A stretch of DNA of 64,000 nt from an uncultured Planctomycetota bacterium (GTDB lineage: Bacteria; Planctomycetota; Planctomycetia; Pirellulales; Lacipirellulaceae): assembly GCA_963719315.1 (NCBI GenBank), contig CAVRBU010000009.1, forward strand, positions 1 through 64,000. Direction: 5' to 3'. The position numbers were made by a program, and so were the translations under genes. Position 1 is the stretch's first letter; each line of letters starts with the position of its first letter. The notes beneath the pieces were generated by a model. It saw only the letters and a list, made by a program, of their open reading frames with translations. It was not told the origin of the DNA and did not search any database. This document shows positions 40,217 through 50,797 of this stretch, piece after piece.

Positions 40217-41050
40217 ATGGACGACCAAGACATATCTCGCCTGTTTCCCCGAACGCAAAAATATCCCATCGAATGGATCAGCCGCGGCGGCATGGGGAGC
40301 AATCCATTGTGGATGACGGAGTGGCTCTGCGAGACGCTCGACCTGCGACGCGGAATGCGGGTGCTGGACCTGGGCTGCGGCTACGTGCGGTCCTCGATTT
40401 TCCTGGCGAAGGAATTTGACGTTCAAGTCTGGGCGACGGACTTGTGGGTGCCGGCGACCGAAAACTACAAATTGATTGGCGAAGAAAAGCTCGAAGACCG
40501 CGTTTTTCCGTTGCACTGCGATGCGCGGTCGCTGCCCTTCCCTGCCGAATTCTTCGACGCGATCGTTGCGATTGATTGCTATCCGTACTTTGGCACGGAC
40601 GATCTGTATCTCAACTACCTTGTGAGCTTTCTTAAACCTGGCGGACAACTCGGCGTCGCGGGCGCCGGCCTGATCAAGGAAATGCCCACGCAGATTCCAG
40701 ACCATTTACAGCGATTCTGGACACAGGACGTGTGGGCCATCCACTCGCTCGATTGGTGGCGGCGTCACTGGGAACGCACCGGGCTTGTGCATATCCAATC
40801 GGCCGATACGATGGCCGACGGTTGGAAGTTATGGTCGAAATGGCATCGCCACATCGCGCCATTCAACAAGGCGGAGGTTGAAGCGATTGAGGCGGATGCC
40901 GGACGGTACCTCGGCTACATTCGCCTGGCGGCGCGGCGCAAGCCCAACGTCGAACTGGCAGAATACGCCTGGCCCGACACTCTCCGAGCCATGCTCAAAG
41001 ACATGAAGCACATCGCAGAGCAGCCGCAGGCTCAATCGCAGTCCGGCTGA
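40217..41050 (+). CDS. SAM-dependent methyltransferase
   Basis: RVLDLGCG, DARSLPF...FDAIV, LKPGG; GGAGG RBS. Confidence 0.9.
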   Translation: MDDQDISRLFPRTQKYPIEWISRGGMGSNPLWMTEWLCETLDLRRGMRVLDLGCGYVRSSIFLAKEFDVQVWATDLWVPATENYKLIGEEKLEDRVFPLHCDARSLPFPAEFFDAIVAIDCYPYFGTDDLYLNYLVSFLKPGGQLGVAGAGLIKEMPTQIPDHLQRFWTQDVWAIHSLDWWRRHWERTGLVHIQSADTMADGWKLWSKWHRHIAPFNKAEVEAIEADAGRYLGYIRLAARRKPNVELAEYAWPDTLRAMLKDMKHIAEQPQAQSQSG

Positions 41051-41360
41051 CCGATTCGACGGAAGGATTGCTTTGAGCCGTTTCGAGTGCTTCTTTCTCT
41101 CGCTGCGCGCGACGAATCGAAAGATACGCGCAGCTGCCGAATGTGGCAAGCACGATGTACGGCATCGACATCAAGAAGATGACACTGTATCCAAAGCCGG
41201 CCGCGAGAGCCTTGCCGAGCGGATCGTTTTGCGCGAGGCCATCTTTGCAAGTTGGACAGGCGGCTGCCACACTAGCAATGAGCAACACCAGAGCCAGCAC
41301 GATCGCAATGAGCGCCCATCGAGCAATTACAGGTTCAAATTGATGATAGATGGCTTTCAT
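40995..41360 (-). CDS. Small membrane protein with ACPxC motif, last gene of the oxidase cluster
   Basis: Signal-like helix, AACPTCK, GFGYSVIFLMSMPY. The 3' end overlaps the convergent gene and may be mis-extended. Confidence 0.7.
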   Translation of the reverse strand: MKAIYHQFEPVIARWALIAIVLALVLLIASVAAACPTCKDGLAQNDPLGKALAAGFGYSVIFLMSMPYIVLATFGSCAYLSIRRAQREKEALETAQSNPSVESVSRTAIEPAAALRCASCL

Positions 41361-41416
41361 ATCGCACTTCCACGCATCTGTCTTAGACGCGCCGTAATCA
41401 CTGTTATTATTCTAAA

Positions 41417-41917
41417 TCATTGCCCAATTGGCGGCCAGAGGTGATAGAGCATTGCGTAAACGATGACTCCCGTCACGGATACGTAAAGCCAGATAGGAAA
41501 AACCCATTTCGCGAGCCGCAGGTGTTTTTCGCGATAGAGAGCAGACGCGGCCGATTTCTCGGGCTGCGTCATTTCGCCGCCGCAACAACCGATCGCGCGA
41601 TAGCCGAGATAGATTTGGCGAATCGCCAGAAACGGAACGGTAACCGCCAACAGAACGTGCGATGCCAGGATCGTTACGTAGATGTACCACACCGGCCCCG
41701 GATGCGTGAATCGCACGCTACTGACTTGCAAGTGATACCAGATATAACACGCCAGAAAAGCGGTCGACACGCCGAACGCTGCCAACATCGTCCATTTGTG
41801 CGCATCGACGCGACCGCGCTTGATAAAGAACAGACCCGCCAATAGTAGCGCCGTCGCCAGCGCATTGAGCGACGCGTTCACGTGCACGATTGGGTGGGCA
41901 GCCAGGAAAATCGTCAA
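41417..41917 (-). CDS. DUF420 (YozB/CtaM-like) oxidase assembly membrane protein
   Basis: HVNASLN, AHKWTM, ILASHVLLA, HLRLAKWVFPIWLYVSVTGVIVY. TTG start overlaps the SCO stop. Confidence 0.88.
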   Translation of the reverse strand: MTIFLAAHPIVHVNASLNALATALLLAGLFFIKRGRVDAHKWTMLAAFGVSTAFLACYIWYHLQVSSVRFTHPGPVWYIYVTILASHVLLAVTVPFLAIRQIYLGYRAIGCCGGEMTQPEKSAASALYREKHLRLAKWVFPIWLYVSVTGVIVYAMLYHLWPPIGQ

Positions 41918-42609
41918 CTCGATTTCTCTTTCGTGGCGTCTCCGGCCGCCAGATCGTGCGGCGGCTTTTCTTCCAAACATTCCAGCAGCAAATTCTTCAG
42001 CCGCTTGCACTGGCTTTCGCTTGTGCCATCGAAGAGGCCACGGATCTTGCCCTGCTTGTCGATGACGATCGCGTAGTCTTGGTGACCTTTGAGGCTCAGA
42101 AATATCTTCATGCCCTTGGCCACGCGTTGAATGTATTCGAGATCGGCCCGGCAGAAGAGCCAGCGTTCGGGGTCGGCCTGCCAACGATCGGCGTACGCTC
42201 GCAGCGCTTCAAGTGTGTCGTTATCCGGGTCGCAGGTGATGCTCACCCACGTGACATCTTTCAGTTCGGGCGTTTTACTCAATACCTGAATGTTCGAGTT
42301 GAGCCGGATGCACTGGCCCGGGCACGTCGTGAAGAAGTAGGATGCGACCCACACGCGACCGCGCATGTCGAGCGAACGAAACGGCTTGCCGCTCCGCTCG
42401 GTGAGTTCGAACTCGGTGAGCGGCGGGCCAATCGCGTTCGCCGAGATAGCTTGGCTTTTGATCTCCTTCCATTGCTGGTATTGCCACCACTTCCAGCCGC
42501 CAAAGAACATTCCAATCAGCACAATGGCGCATAACATGAACGGCACCGTGGAGCCAGCGAAATTGGGCTCTGAAGACGGCGTTGAATCATGCTCTAGTTC
42601 TTGGTTCAT
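41914..42609 (-). CDS. SCO/SenC family copper chaperone
   Basis: FFTTCPGQC, SITCDPDNDT, conserved His and an N-terminal TM. Confidence 0.92.
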   Translation of the reverse strand: MNQELEHDSTPSSEPNFAGSTVPFMLCAIVLIGMFFGGWKWWQYQQWKEIKSQAISANAIGPPLTEFELTERSGKPFRSLDMRGRVWVASYFFTTCPGQCIRLNSNIQVLSKTPELKDVTWVSITCDPDNDTLEALRAYADRWQADPERWLFCRADLEYIQRVAKGMKIFLSLKGHQDYAIVIDKQGKIRGLFDGTSESQCKRLKNLLLECLEEKPPHDLAAGDATKEKSS

Positions 42610-43427
42610 AACAGGTCTCCGGTCGACCGCGTGCCGGCAATTGACCAGGCGGCGGCAAACGTTACGCCGGCAAATGCCAACGAGACGATCCAGCAAAGCG
42701 GGAGCGAAGGCAGTCCGGCTACATTGGTATTTTGAAGGTAATGCCGCAGGCCGGCCACCCCATACGTGAGCGGATTGAGCCGTATGATCCAGCCCAGCCA
42801 GCCGCCAACGTCCATCGGGAAAAATGCACCGGAGAGTAGCCACATGGGCAATAGGAACACGCTCATGATGGCATGGAAGCCTTGCGTCGAATCCATCCGC
42901 CATGCAATCAGAAAGCCAAGCGCTGTGAGGGCGATAGAGATCACAAGCATCAACAGAATTGCGGCGACGAGGCCGAGTGGTGTCGTCGACAACACTTGAT
43001 ACCAACCCAGTGCCCCAGAAATCCAACCGAGAAACAGAAATACAATGCCTTGCAGCATGGCGATGGCCGCACCGCCCAGCACCTTGCCCATCACGACCGA
43101 CCATCGCGGAACGGGCGCCACAAGGACACCCTGCAAAAATCCTTCGCGGCGGTCTTCAATAATTGAGATCGTGGCGAAGATCGCCGTGAACAACAGGATC
43201 ATCACCAGCGTGCCGGGGAAGAAATGGGCGTAGTCGAGACTGTTGTCCTCAACCTTCGCACTGCCGAGGCCGGCGCCAAACAGCAGCCAGAAAATGATCG
43301 GCTGGCCAAGCGCGCCGAACACCCGATTCTTCTGGCGGAAGAATCGCACAAGCTCGCGCTGGCAAAGCGTGCCTATCACGGGCATCGCGGGGACTGTCAC
43401 CGAGTTGGAACTAGTACCGACTGCCAT
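42606..43427 (-). CDS. ABC-2 type transporter permease
   Basis: RELVRFFRQ, IIEDRREGFLQGVLVAP, LSGAFFP, NPLTYGV. Confidence 0.92.
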   Translation of the reverse strand: MAVGTSSNSVTVPAMPVIGTLCQRELVRFFRQKNRVFGALGQPIIFWLLFGAGLGSAKVEDNSLDYAHFFPGTLVMILLFTAIFATISIIEDRREGFLQGVLVAPVPRWSVVMGKVLGGAAIAMLQGIVFLFLGWISGALGWYQVLSTTPLGLVAAILLMLVISIALTALGFLIAWRMDSTQGFHAIMSVFLLPMWLLSGAFFPMDVGGWLGWIIRLNPLTYGVAGLRHYLQNTNVAGLPSLPLCWIVSLAFAGVTFAAAWSIAGTRSTGDLL

Positions 43428-43483
43428 AATTCTCTTCCTAACCGCTAATGAACGCCAATCAGACACTTTCGAATTTGCGCATC

Positions 43484-44468
43484 CTAGTGGTTTGCCTTTC
43501 GCGATTTCTTTCGACCACGGCCCATTTGCTGATCTTCGGGTTCTGCTTCGTTCCAAAATCGGTGGCCGGTGAAGTGGATGAAAACATCTTCGAGCGTCGG
43601 TTTGCCGAGCGTGATGGATTCCGTACGATCGGGAAACGCCTCGACGAGGCGCGGGATCCACTGGTGGCCGTTCGGCTGTTCGAGCCTCACGGAACTATCG
43701 ATGACCATCGCCGACACGTTGAACCGCTGCTGAATTTCGCCGGCAAGCCCCGCGGCATCCTTGCTGCGAATTGTAATTGCATCGCCTCCGACCGCCGCTT
43801 GCAGCGCGCTAGGCGTATCGAGCGCCGCAAGCTGCCCTTTGTGCATGATCGCAATGCGGTCGGCCCGCTGAGCTTCATCCAATAGATGCGTGGTGACGAC
43901 AACTGTTACTCCGTCGTTATCTCGCACTTGCTCCAAGTATTGCCACAGATCGCTGCGCGCCCGGATCGAGGCCAGTCGAGGGCTCATCCAAGAGCAGAAG
44001 CCGCGGGCGATGCAACATTCCAGTCGCTAACTCGACCCGACGCCGTAGTCCGCCCGAAAGTTTTTCAACGAGCTCCGGTCGGCGATCGGCAAGGCCGAGT
44101 CGGGCCAGCATCTCATTCGCCCGCGCGTGCAGATCGCGACCACCCAATCCGTAAAGCCGGCCGTGGTGGATCACGTTTTCGAGGACGGTGAGCTTTTTGT
44201 CGAGGCTCGGAGATTGGAAGACGACGCCCAGTTGCGCGGATGGCGGCCGCCTCGCGCCGCAGGTCGCGCCGAAAATGCGCACTTCCCCCTGCTGAATTGG
44301 AATCAGCGTGGAGAGCACGCGGAAGAGCGTCGTCTTGCCGCTGCCATTGGGGCCGAGGACCGCGAAGATTTCGCGCTCGGCAATGCTCAACGATAAATCG
44401 CGGATCGCTTCATGCTCGCCGTACCGGTGGGCAAGATGTTCAATTTCGACGGCAGACAAGTGGGACAT
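43484..44468 (-). CDS. ABC transporter ATP-binding protein (frameshift ~43960)
   Basis: GPNGSGKTT, LSGGLRRR, LLLDEPSTGLD, then TTHLLDEA in the next frame. Confidence 0.9.
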
Positions 44469-44480
44469 ATTATTCGGTTG

Positions 44481-44945
44481 CTATGGAGCTTCATCATGCG
44501 AGAGGTCCTTCTCTGCGGCTTTCAAATCCGAAGCCTCGACTGCCGGCCGATTGGCGGCGTACAGCCAGCGCTGCTCCGAATAGCGGGCATATCCGTTGTT
44601 AATGCGCCAGCCGATATCGGGCACGAGCATGAACATCAAAAACACCGACATAAACGTGGCCGGTATCGTAAGCACCCATTTCCAATTGGCTTCCCACAGC
44701 AGATGCATGAAAAACATGATCACGAGCATGGCCTTGGTGCAAGAAATGGCCATCATCAGCGCCCGGCTAGCTTGGAACGGAACATGGTGCCGCCAAAAAG
44801 GAAAATAGGTCAAAAAGGAACCAGTCGTCAGTATGCATAACGCGGCGAACACGACCAGATACTTACCGTTGCCGCCGTGATTAGCGAGCGCGTGGCTAAC
44901 GTCAGCATGCGATTCGTGATCGTGCGAATGACTGTTATCCGTCAT
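44481..44945 (-). CDS. Cytochrome c oxidase subunit IV family protein
   Basis: KYLVVFAALCILT, KAMLVIMFFMHL; position in the cox operon. Confidence 0.85.
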   Translation of the reverse strand: MTDNSHSHDHESHADVSHALANHGGNGKYLVVFAALCILTTGSFLTYFPFWRHHVPFQASRALMMAISCTKAMLVIMFFMHLLWEANWKWVLTIPATFMSVFLMFMLVPDIGWRINNGYARYSEQRWLYAANRPAVEASDLKAAEKDLSHDEAP

Positions 44946-45044
44946 ATCTTTTGCTCCGGCGCAATTGTGCGGGTCCGGTGCCCGCTCTCCGTCGTATGAG
45001 GAGAATTCGACCGCAACGGTCTACGGACAACAGACGACTGACGA

Positions 45045-46058
45045 TTAAAACAAATACAGCAAGGGAAACAGGAAAATCCACACCAAATCAACGAAGTGCC
45101 AATACAGGCCGATGTTTTCCACCAGGTTGGCCTTCCGGCGATCGAGTGTGATAAACATCATCAGCCCGAACACGATCAGGCCGATCAGCACGTGCAATGC
45201 ATGAAACCCCGTCAACAGGAAATATGTGCTGGCCCACATCGGCCCACCGGGGATCATGATCGGCAGTCGCAACCAGGAGTGCTTTTCGTTCAAACCTTCA
45301 TGCTCGCCGCTCTCTCCCCCCGCGTGTTCGCCAGCGGCGGGTTGCTCGAAAGCAGCATATTTCACGACAACGGCCGGCGGAATGGCGCCGGCTTCAGCGG
45401 CCTGTATCACCGTGCCCTGATCGTGCGGCGGATTGATAAGGTATGCCAACTCCGTCAGCTTGATAATACCGTCCGGCGAATCGGGCTGATTGCGGATCGT
45501 CGTCTCGGCATCGTCGACCATCCGAGTGATGCTGTCGATGACTTGAATTCTTGCCTTGTCTTCTTCCGTAAGTTCGGGATGAGACGTTGTGATACCCGTC
45601 TTCAAATCGTTCAGCCGTTTTCGCACGGCGGCGGCATAATGTACATCCGCTTTGTCGAACACCAGCCCATGATACCGCTGCGGATAAATGCCGTGCGCAT
45701 ACTTTTGCGAATACTCATACAGCTTTACGCCCAAAAACACGCTACCGAGCAGAAACGTGAGCAAAACATAACCCTTGGCTTTCGACGTTTGATTGAGCTT
45801 CGCCGCTTCAAACGCGAGCACGACTGTCACGCTGGAACAAATCAACACGAACGTATTGAACGCGCCGATCGGCTCGCTCAAATGCACATCGTGCGGCGCC
45901 GGCCAGGCAACTGCGCCGAACCGGAGTACGATGTACGTGCCGATCAGCCCGGCGAAAAACATGATTTCCGTCGATAGAAATAGCCACAAGCACGTCTTGC
46001 CGTTGGGAATCGGCAAGGCGGGTTGATAGGATAATTTTGGTGGGGGGGAGTGGCTCAT
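45045..46058 (-). CDS. ctaE: Cytochrome c oxidase subunit III with soluble insertion
   Basis: [39 protein letters not shown]. Confidence 0.92.
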   Translation of the reverse strand: MSHSPPPKLSYQPALPIPNGKTCLWLFLSTEIMFFAGLIGTYIVLRFGAVAWPAPHDVHLSEPIGAFNTFVLICSSVTVVLAFEAAKLNQTSKAKGYVLLTFLLGSVFLGVKLYEYSQKYAHGIYPQRYHGLVFDKADVHYAAAVRKRLNDLKTGITTSHPELTEEDKARIQVIDSITRMVDDAETTIRNQPDSPDGIIKLTELAYLINPPHDQGTVIQAAEAGAIPPAVVVKYAAFEQPAAGEHAGGESGEHEGLNEKHSWLRLPIMIPGGPMWASTYFLLTGFHALHVLIGLIVFGLMMFITLDRRKANLVENIGLYWHFVDLVWIFLFPLLYLF

Positions 46059-46096
46059 TTTTGTTGGTCAATTGTCCGTTGTCTGTTGTGTTTGGT

Positions 46097-47020
46097 TCAC
46101 ACGGCTACCATCAGCAGCAGGCCCATCCAGCAAATCAAATACACCAAACTGGCGCGCAGCAAGCGGCGAGCGGAGCGATCGTCGCGATAAAGCAAGAACA
46201 AAACCGCGGCCGCAATCTGCACCGCCCCTAACACGAGCGCCCAACTGCAATAAATGACTGGGCTCCCTGCTTGCGGCGACATCGCCAGCAGCAGGCTTAC
46301 CGGCACCAAGGCAAGCGCGCCCACGACTGCCTGCGCGCCTGCCCGCAAGCCGGTCGGATCGACGACCGTCAGCATTCGCTGGCCCGCGCGGGCGTATTCT
46401 TTTCGATATAGCCATGCAATAGCCATGAAATGCGGGAACTGCCAGAGGAACATCACTCCCACAAGCGCAAGGGCACGCGCGTCGATCGGCGCACCGGTAG
46501 CCGTCCAGCCGATAAGAACCGGCAGCGCTCCGCTCACGGCGCCGACCGCCGTGTTAAGCGGCGAGCGGGTTTTTAGCGGCGTGTAAGCGAGCACGTAAAC
46601 CAGCCACGTCGCCAGGCCTACAGACGCGGTTAACAGGCCGACGCTGAACACAAGTTCGACTACGCCCAGCATTAATGTCGCAGTGCCAAATACAATCACC
46701 TGCCGCGGAGTAAGCCGGCCGGAGGGGAGTGGCCGGGCGGAAGTCCGCTTCATCAGCGCGTTGGCCGATTGTTCCCACCACTGATTGAACGCGCCGGCGC
46801 TAGCGGCGACGAGCGCGGCGCCAATCACCGTATGCAGCAAGACGGCTGTCGGAATGCCCCACGGTGTTGCCAGACGCGCAGCGACCACGACCGTCACTAG
46901 CTCGAGCACGACGATTCGAGGCTTAGTGAGCTCGATATAGTCGCCGACTTGCGCGAGCCAACTGGCACGAGTGCGGGCATCCGCCAGCGAAACGCCGGCC
47001 GTGGAGGTGACGCGACTCAT
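46097..47020 (-). CDS. ctaB: Protoheme IX farnesyltransferase (heme O synthase)
   Basis: ELTKPRI, MKRTSARPLPSGR, YTPLKT, LWQFPHF. Confidence 0.94.
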   Translation of the reverse strand: MSRVTSTAGVSLADARTRASWLAQVGDYIELTKPRIVVLELVTVVVAARLATPWGIPTAVLLHTVIGAALVAASAGAFNQWWEQSANALMKRTSARPLPSGRLTPRQVIVFGTATLMLGVVELVFSVGLLTASVGLATWLVYVLAYTPLKTRSPLNTAVGAVSGALPVLIGWTATGAPIDARALALVGVMFLWQFPHFMAIAWLYRKEYARAGQRMLTVVDPTGLRAGAQAVVGALALVPVSLLLAMSPQAGSPVIYCSWALVLGAVQIAAAVLFLLYRDDRSARRLLRASLVYLICWMGLLLMVAV

Positions 47021-48033
47021 ACGGCGGCCTCCAAATCTCGGCGAACGATTTGCCTTGTCGCAGTCGAGTCCGCAAGTAACCGCTGCGAGTAAAGGGCCAA
47101 GGCCACGGCAGTCGCCAGGACGAGCGAGCCGATCGCCACGTGCGCCGTGATGATGTGTGTTTGCAGCCAGCCGCCTTCTTGCACTGCGACAAATTGTGTC
47201 GAAATCCAACCGGCGGCCCATGCGGGCACCGCAAATTTCACGATCCACGTACCGGCACCGAGAACCAATTGAAGGCATATAAGGCAGGCGAGCGTACTTG
47301 CCAAGACGCCCAGCGGATGGATATTGCGAGTACGAAATATCACAAGCCCTACAAGCAGCGCGATATGGATGGTCAACACGACCGCGAGGAACAAGTGAGC
47401 CTTTACGGCGAGCATGAATGTCTGAGGTTGCGCATCCACTGGGACATGGCGGAGTACAGCTCCTAGCAAAATCTGCAAATAGGCTAGTACGGCCGTCACT
47501 ACGGCCAAGCGGCGGATATTGCCGACTGATGGAACGCTGAGCGGTATCACACCGCCTATCCACGAGCGTGAAGTAAACACAACCAGCGCGACGGACAATG
47601 CGAAAAAAAGCGGGCCGGTGCACCCGTGGAGCATGGCCAGCGTGCGCTCATCGAATCGCACGCGCATGCCGCCGAGTACTCCCTGAAAGATCACCAAACC
47701 AAGGGCCGCGAAACCCAGGCCCTTGATCCAACGCCTTTCTTCCGTTCGCAACAGCGTAATCAGCAATCCGATCGTGAGCATGCCCACCGAAGCGGCGAGC
47801 AGCCGATGCCCGTGCTCAATGAACAAGTCCCAAGGACCCAGCAACCACGTTTGCCACGGATAGAGGAACAGATTGTAGCCATACGTTGTGGGCCAATCGG
47901 GCACGGCCATGCCGGCGTCGGTCGTCGTCACGAGGCCGCCGACCCACACGAGCGGAAACGTCGCGCACGCCAACGCAACGGCCCAACGATGGGGCCAGCG
48001 CGAATATTCGGAATTCAATTTTGCAATTTGCAT
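47017..48033 (-). CDS. ctaA: Heme A synthase (COX15/CtaA)
   Basis: GGLVTTTDAGMAVPDWP, FIEHGHRL, QGVLGG and conserved His residues. Confidence 0.92.
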   Translation of the reverse strand: MQIAKLNSEYSRWPHRWAVALACATFPLVWVGGLVTTTDAGMAVPDWPTTYGYNLFLYPWQTWLLGPWDLFIEHGHRLLAASVGMLTIGLLITLLRTEERRWIKGLGFAALGLVIFQGVLGGMRVRFDERTLAMLHGCTGPLFFALSVALVVFTSRSWIGGVIPLSVPSVGNIRRLAVVTAVLAYLQILLGAVLRHVPVDAQPQTFMLAVKAHLFLAVVLTIHIALLVGLVIFRTRNIHPLGVLASTLACLICLQLVLGAGTWIVKFAVPAWAAGWISTQFVAVQEGGWLQTHIITAHVAIGSLVLATAVALALYSQRLLADSTATRQIVRRDLEAAV

Positions 48034-48058
48034 GGTTCAATTTGCAACTTGCATTTTC

Positions 48059-49830
48059 CTAATGTGATGGCGGAGTCGGCGGTCGGTTCTGCGGCGGCGG
48101 CATGGTTTGCGGGTAGTAATCGATATCAACTTCCGGCGAACCGTACTCATACGGGCCGCGGTAAATTACGGGTTGAAAGTCAAAATTGCCGTGGCCCGGC
48201 GGACTCGGGGCTTGCCATTCCAGCGTGTTCGAGTGCCACGGATTCCGGCCTGCAGGCGGGCCGAAGAAAATGCTGTAGAAAAAATTGATGATGAAGATGG
48301 TCTGTGAAGCAACCATCAAGATCGCGCACCAGGTAATGAATTGGTTGAGCGGCAGCAAGTGCCGGAACGTCTCGTAGTGGTAGGGGTCGGCTAGCCGTCG
48401 CGGGAAGCCAACCCAGCCCAAAATGTGCATCGGGAAGAACACGCAATTGAGGAAGACAAATGTCAGGAAGAAGTGAACCTTGCCCCAGCCGTCGTTCATC
48501 GTGCGGCCGAACATCTTTGGGAACCAGAAATAGATCGCACCGAAAACCGCCATCGCCGTGCCCGCGAAGAGCACGTAGTGAAAATGGGCCACAATGAAAT
48601 ACGTATCGTGAATGAAAATATCAACCGGAGTGGCGGCCATGAAGATGCCCGATAGGCCGCCGATGATGAACATCGACACGAACGACAACGCGAACAGCAT
48701 CGGCGTGGTGAATTGAATCTTCGCGCCCAGATCGTACCCAGCCAGTTGAAAACCTTGATTGCGCTGGGCAGGGCGATGAACATCGTGGCCACCATGAACG
48801 TCATGCCGAGCACCGGACTCATGCCGGAGACGAACATGTGGTGCCCCCATACGATAAAGCCGAGCCCCGCGATGCCGGCGATGGAGTACACCATCGGCTT
48901 GTAGCCGAACAGCGGCTTGCGGGCGAAGCAGGCGATGATATCGGAGACCATCCCCATCGCCGGCAGAATCATGATGTACACGGCCGGATGGCTATAAAAC
49001 CAGAACAAGTGCTGCCACAACAGGGGATGGCCGCCGCCCGCCGAGAGAGGCGCGTTGTTCGCGCTCCAGCCTTCCGGAATGAAGAACCCGGTCCCGAGCG
49101 TGAGATCGGCCAGTTGCATGAAACCGGCCGCCGTGAGCACGGGAAGCGCGAAGGCCTGCAGGATGGCCGTGATGAACATGGCCCAAATCGTCATCGGCAG
49201 ACGGAACATCGTCATGCCGGGGGCCCGCATCTGGATAATTGTCGTCAGGTAATTGACCGATCCCATCATCGACGACACGCCGACGCAGGTTAGCCCAATG
49301 AGCCAAAAAATTTGAGCGGTGATCGTCAGCGAAAGGGGCGGATACGACGTCCACCCCGAGCCGGGGCCGGTGCCAATGAAAAAGCTCGTGCCGAACGCTA
49401 GGAACGCCGGCCACATGAACCAATAGCTAAGCATGTTCAGCGTGGGGAAGGCCATGTCGTCGGCCCCGATCATCAGCGGAATCAAGAAATTTCCGAACGC
49501 GCCGGCGAGAATCGGGATGATCACCAAGAAGATCATCACCGTGGCGTGCATCGTGAACAGCATCGTATACGTTTCGGGCGCGATCTGCCCGCCCTGTGCC
49601 GAGAACAGCAGCTTGCCGAGAATCGGCATGTCCGACCATGGATACGCAAGCTGCCAGCGCACACCAAGGGCCAGCAAACCACCGATGAAAAACCACAACA
49701 GCGTACTGAACAGGAATTGGATTCCAATGATCTTGTGGTCGCGCGAGAACACATACGTCGACAGGAAGCTGCCGACGTGGGCGTGTTCAGCGTGCGAATG
49801 GACGTGCGCGTCTGCGGGGATGGAGGCCAT
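48059..49830 (-). CDS. ctaD: Cytochrome c oxidase subunit I, A2-type (frameshift ~48727)
   Basis: DHKIIG, FTMHAT, WFYSHPAVY, VWGHHM, VAHFHYV. Confidence 0.95.
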
Positions 49831-49883
49831 GACGGAGAGGGGTCAGAGGTCAGAGGTCAGAATCATACTCGGTATGATAGTCG

Positions 49884-50672
49884 TTAGTGTGGAAGCGCCT
49901 GGGCTATTCGATGGGCGTTCTGTTCGGCGGCCTTTTCGACGAGCCAGGCGTCGAAATCGCTACGCGGCTCGAACGTGGCCCGGCCACTCATTTTGTAATG
50001 GCCCCAACCGCACAACTCAGCGCATACGATATCCACGACCGCTTTCGGCTCGCGGCATTCGAACCACATGTACTGCTGCATCCCGGGCACCACGTCCTGC
50101 TTCATCCGAATGTTGGGCAAGAAAAAGCTGTGCAGCACATCGGCACTTTTGATGCTCAGTAGAATCTCTTCGTTCGCGGGGAAGTGGATTTCGCCGTCCA
50201 CGCGAATAATGTCGTCTGGCGTATGCAACTCCCCATCCGGGCCGGGGTAACGAACGTCCCAATTGAATTGGCGGCCCGTGATCTCGGCCGTCACGGGCAC
50301 ATCGGGCTTCCGCATCTTGGCATCGGCCCACGCATTCATCTGGTAGATAGCAATGAACAGCAGCGTTACCGCGGGCAAGATCGTCCACACGACTTCGAGC
50401 GTATGGCTACCGTGCGAAAACTTGACCGGTTCAGGATTCGACCGTGCATTATACTTCCACATGAAGTAAAACAATGCTACCTCGGTGGCGATGAAAATGA
50501 CCCCCGTCAGCCACAAAATGAAATAGAACAAACGATCGATCACCCGGCCGTGCTCGGAAATATCCTGCGGAAACGAGAGGTGGAAGTACGGCGCGAGCAC
50601 GAACGTGAGCACGCCGAAAATCGGCACCATCAAAAATAACAAAGCCCAAAAATGCTTCACGACGAACTCCAC
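49884..50672 (-). CDS. ctaC: Cytochrome c oxidase subunit II (CuA)
   Basis: LEVVWTILP, DVLHSF, CAELCGWGHYKM. Confidence 0.94.
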   Translation of the reverse strand: MEFVVKHFWALLFLMVPIFGVLTFVLAPYFHLSFPQDISEHGRVIDRLFYFILWLTGVIFIATEVALFYFMWKYNARSNPEPVKFSHGSHTLEVVWTILPAVTLLFIAIYQMNAWADAKMRKPDVPVTAEITGRQFNWDVRYPGPDGELHTPDDIIRVDGEIHFPANEEILLSIKSADVLHSFFLPNIRMKQDVVPGMQQYMWFECREPKAVVDIVCAELCGWGHYKMSGRATFEPRSDFDAWLVEKAAEQNAHRIAQALPH

Positions 50673-50797
50673 GATTGCGGAATGCGGACGACCCTTCGGG
50701 CTGTGCCCGAGGATTGCGGATTACTAGGAACATCAAGCCGCAATTCGAAATCCGAAATCCGAGATTGAATCACGCACATTTCCATCCACATACTCAT

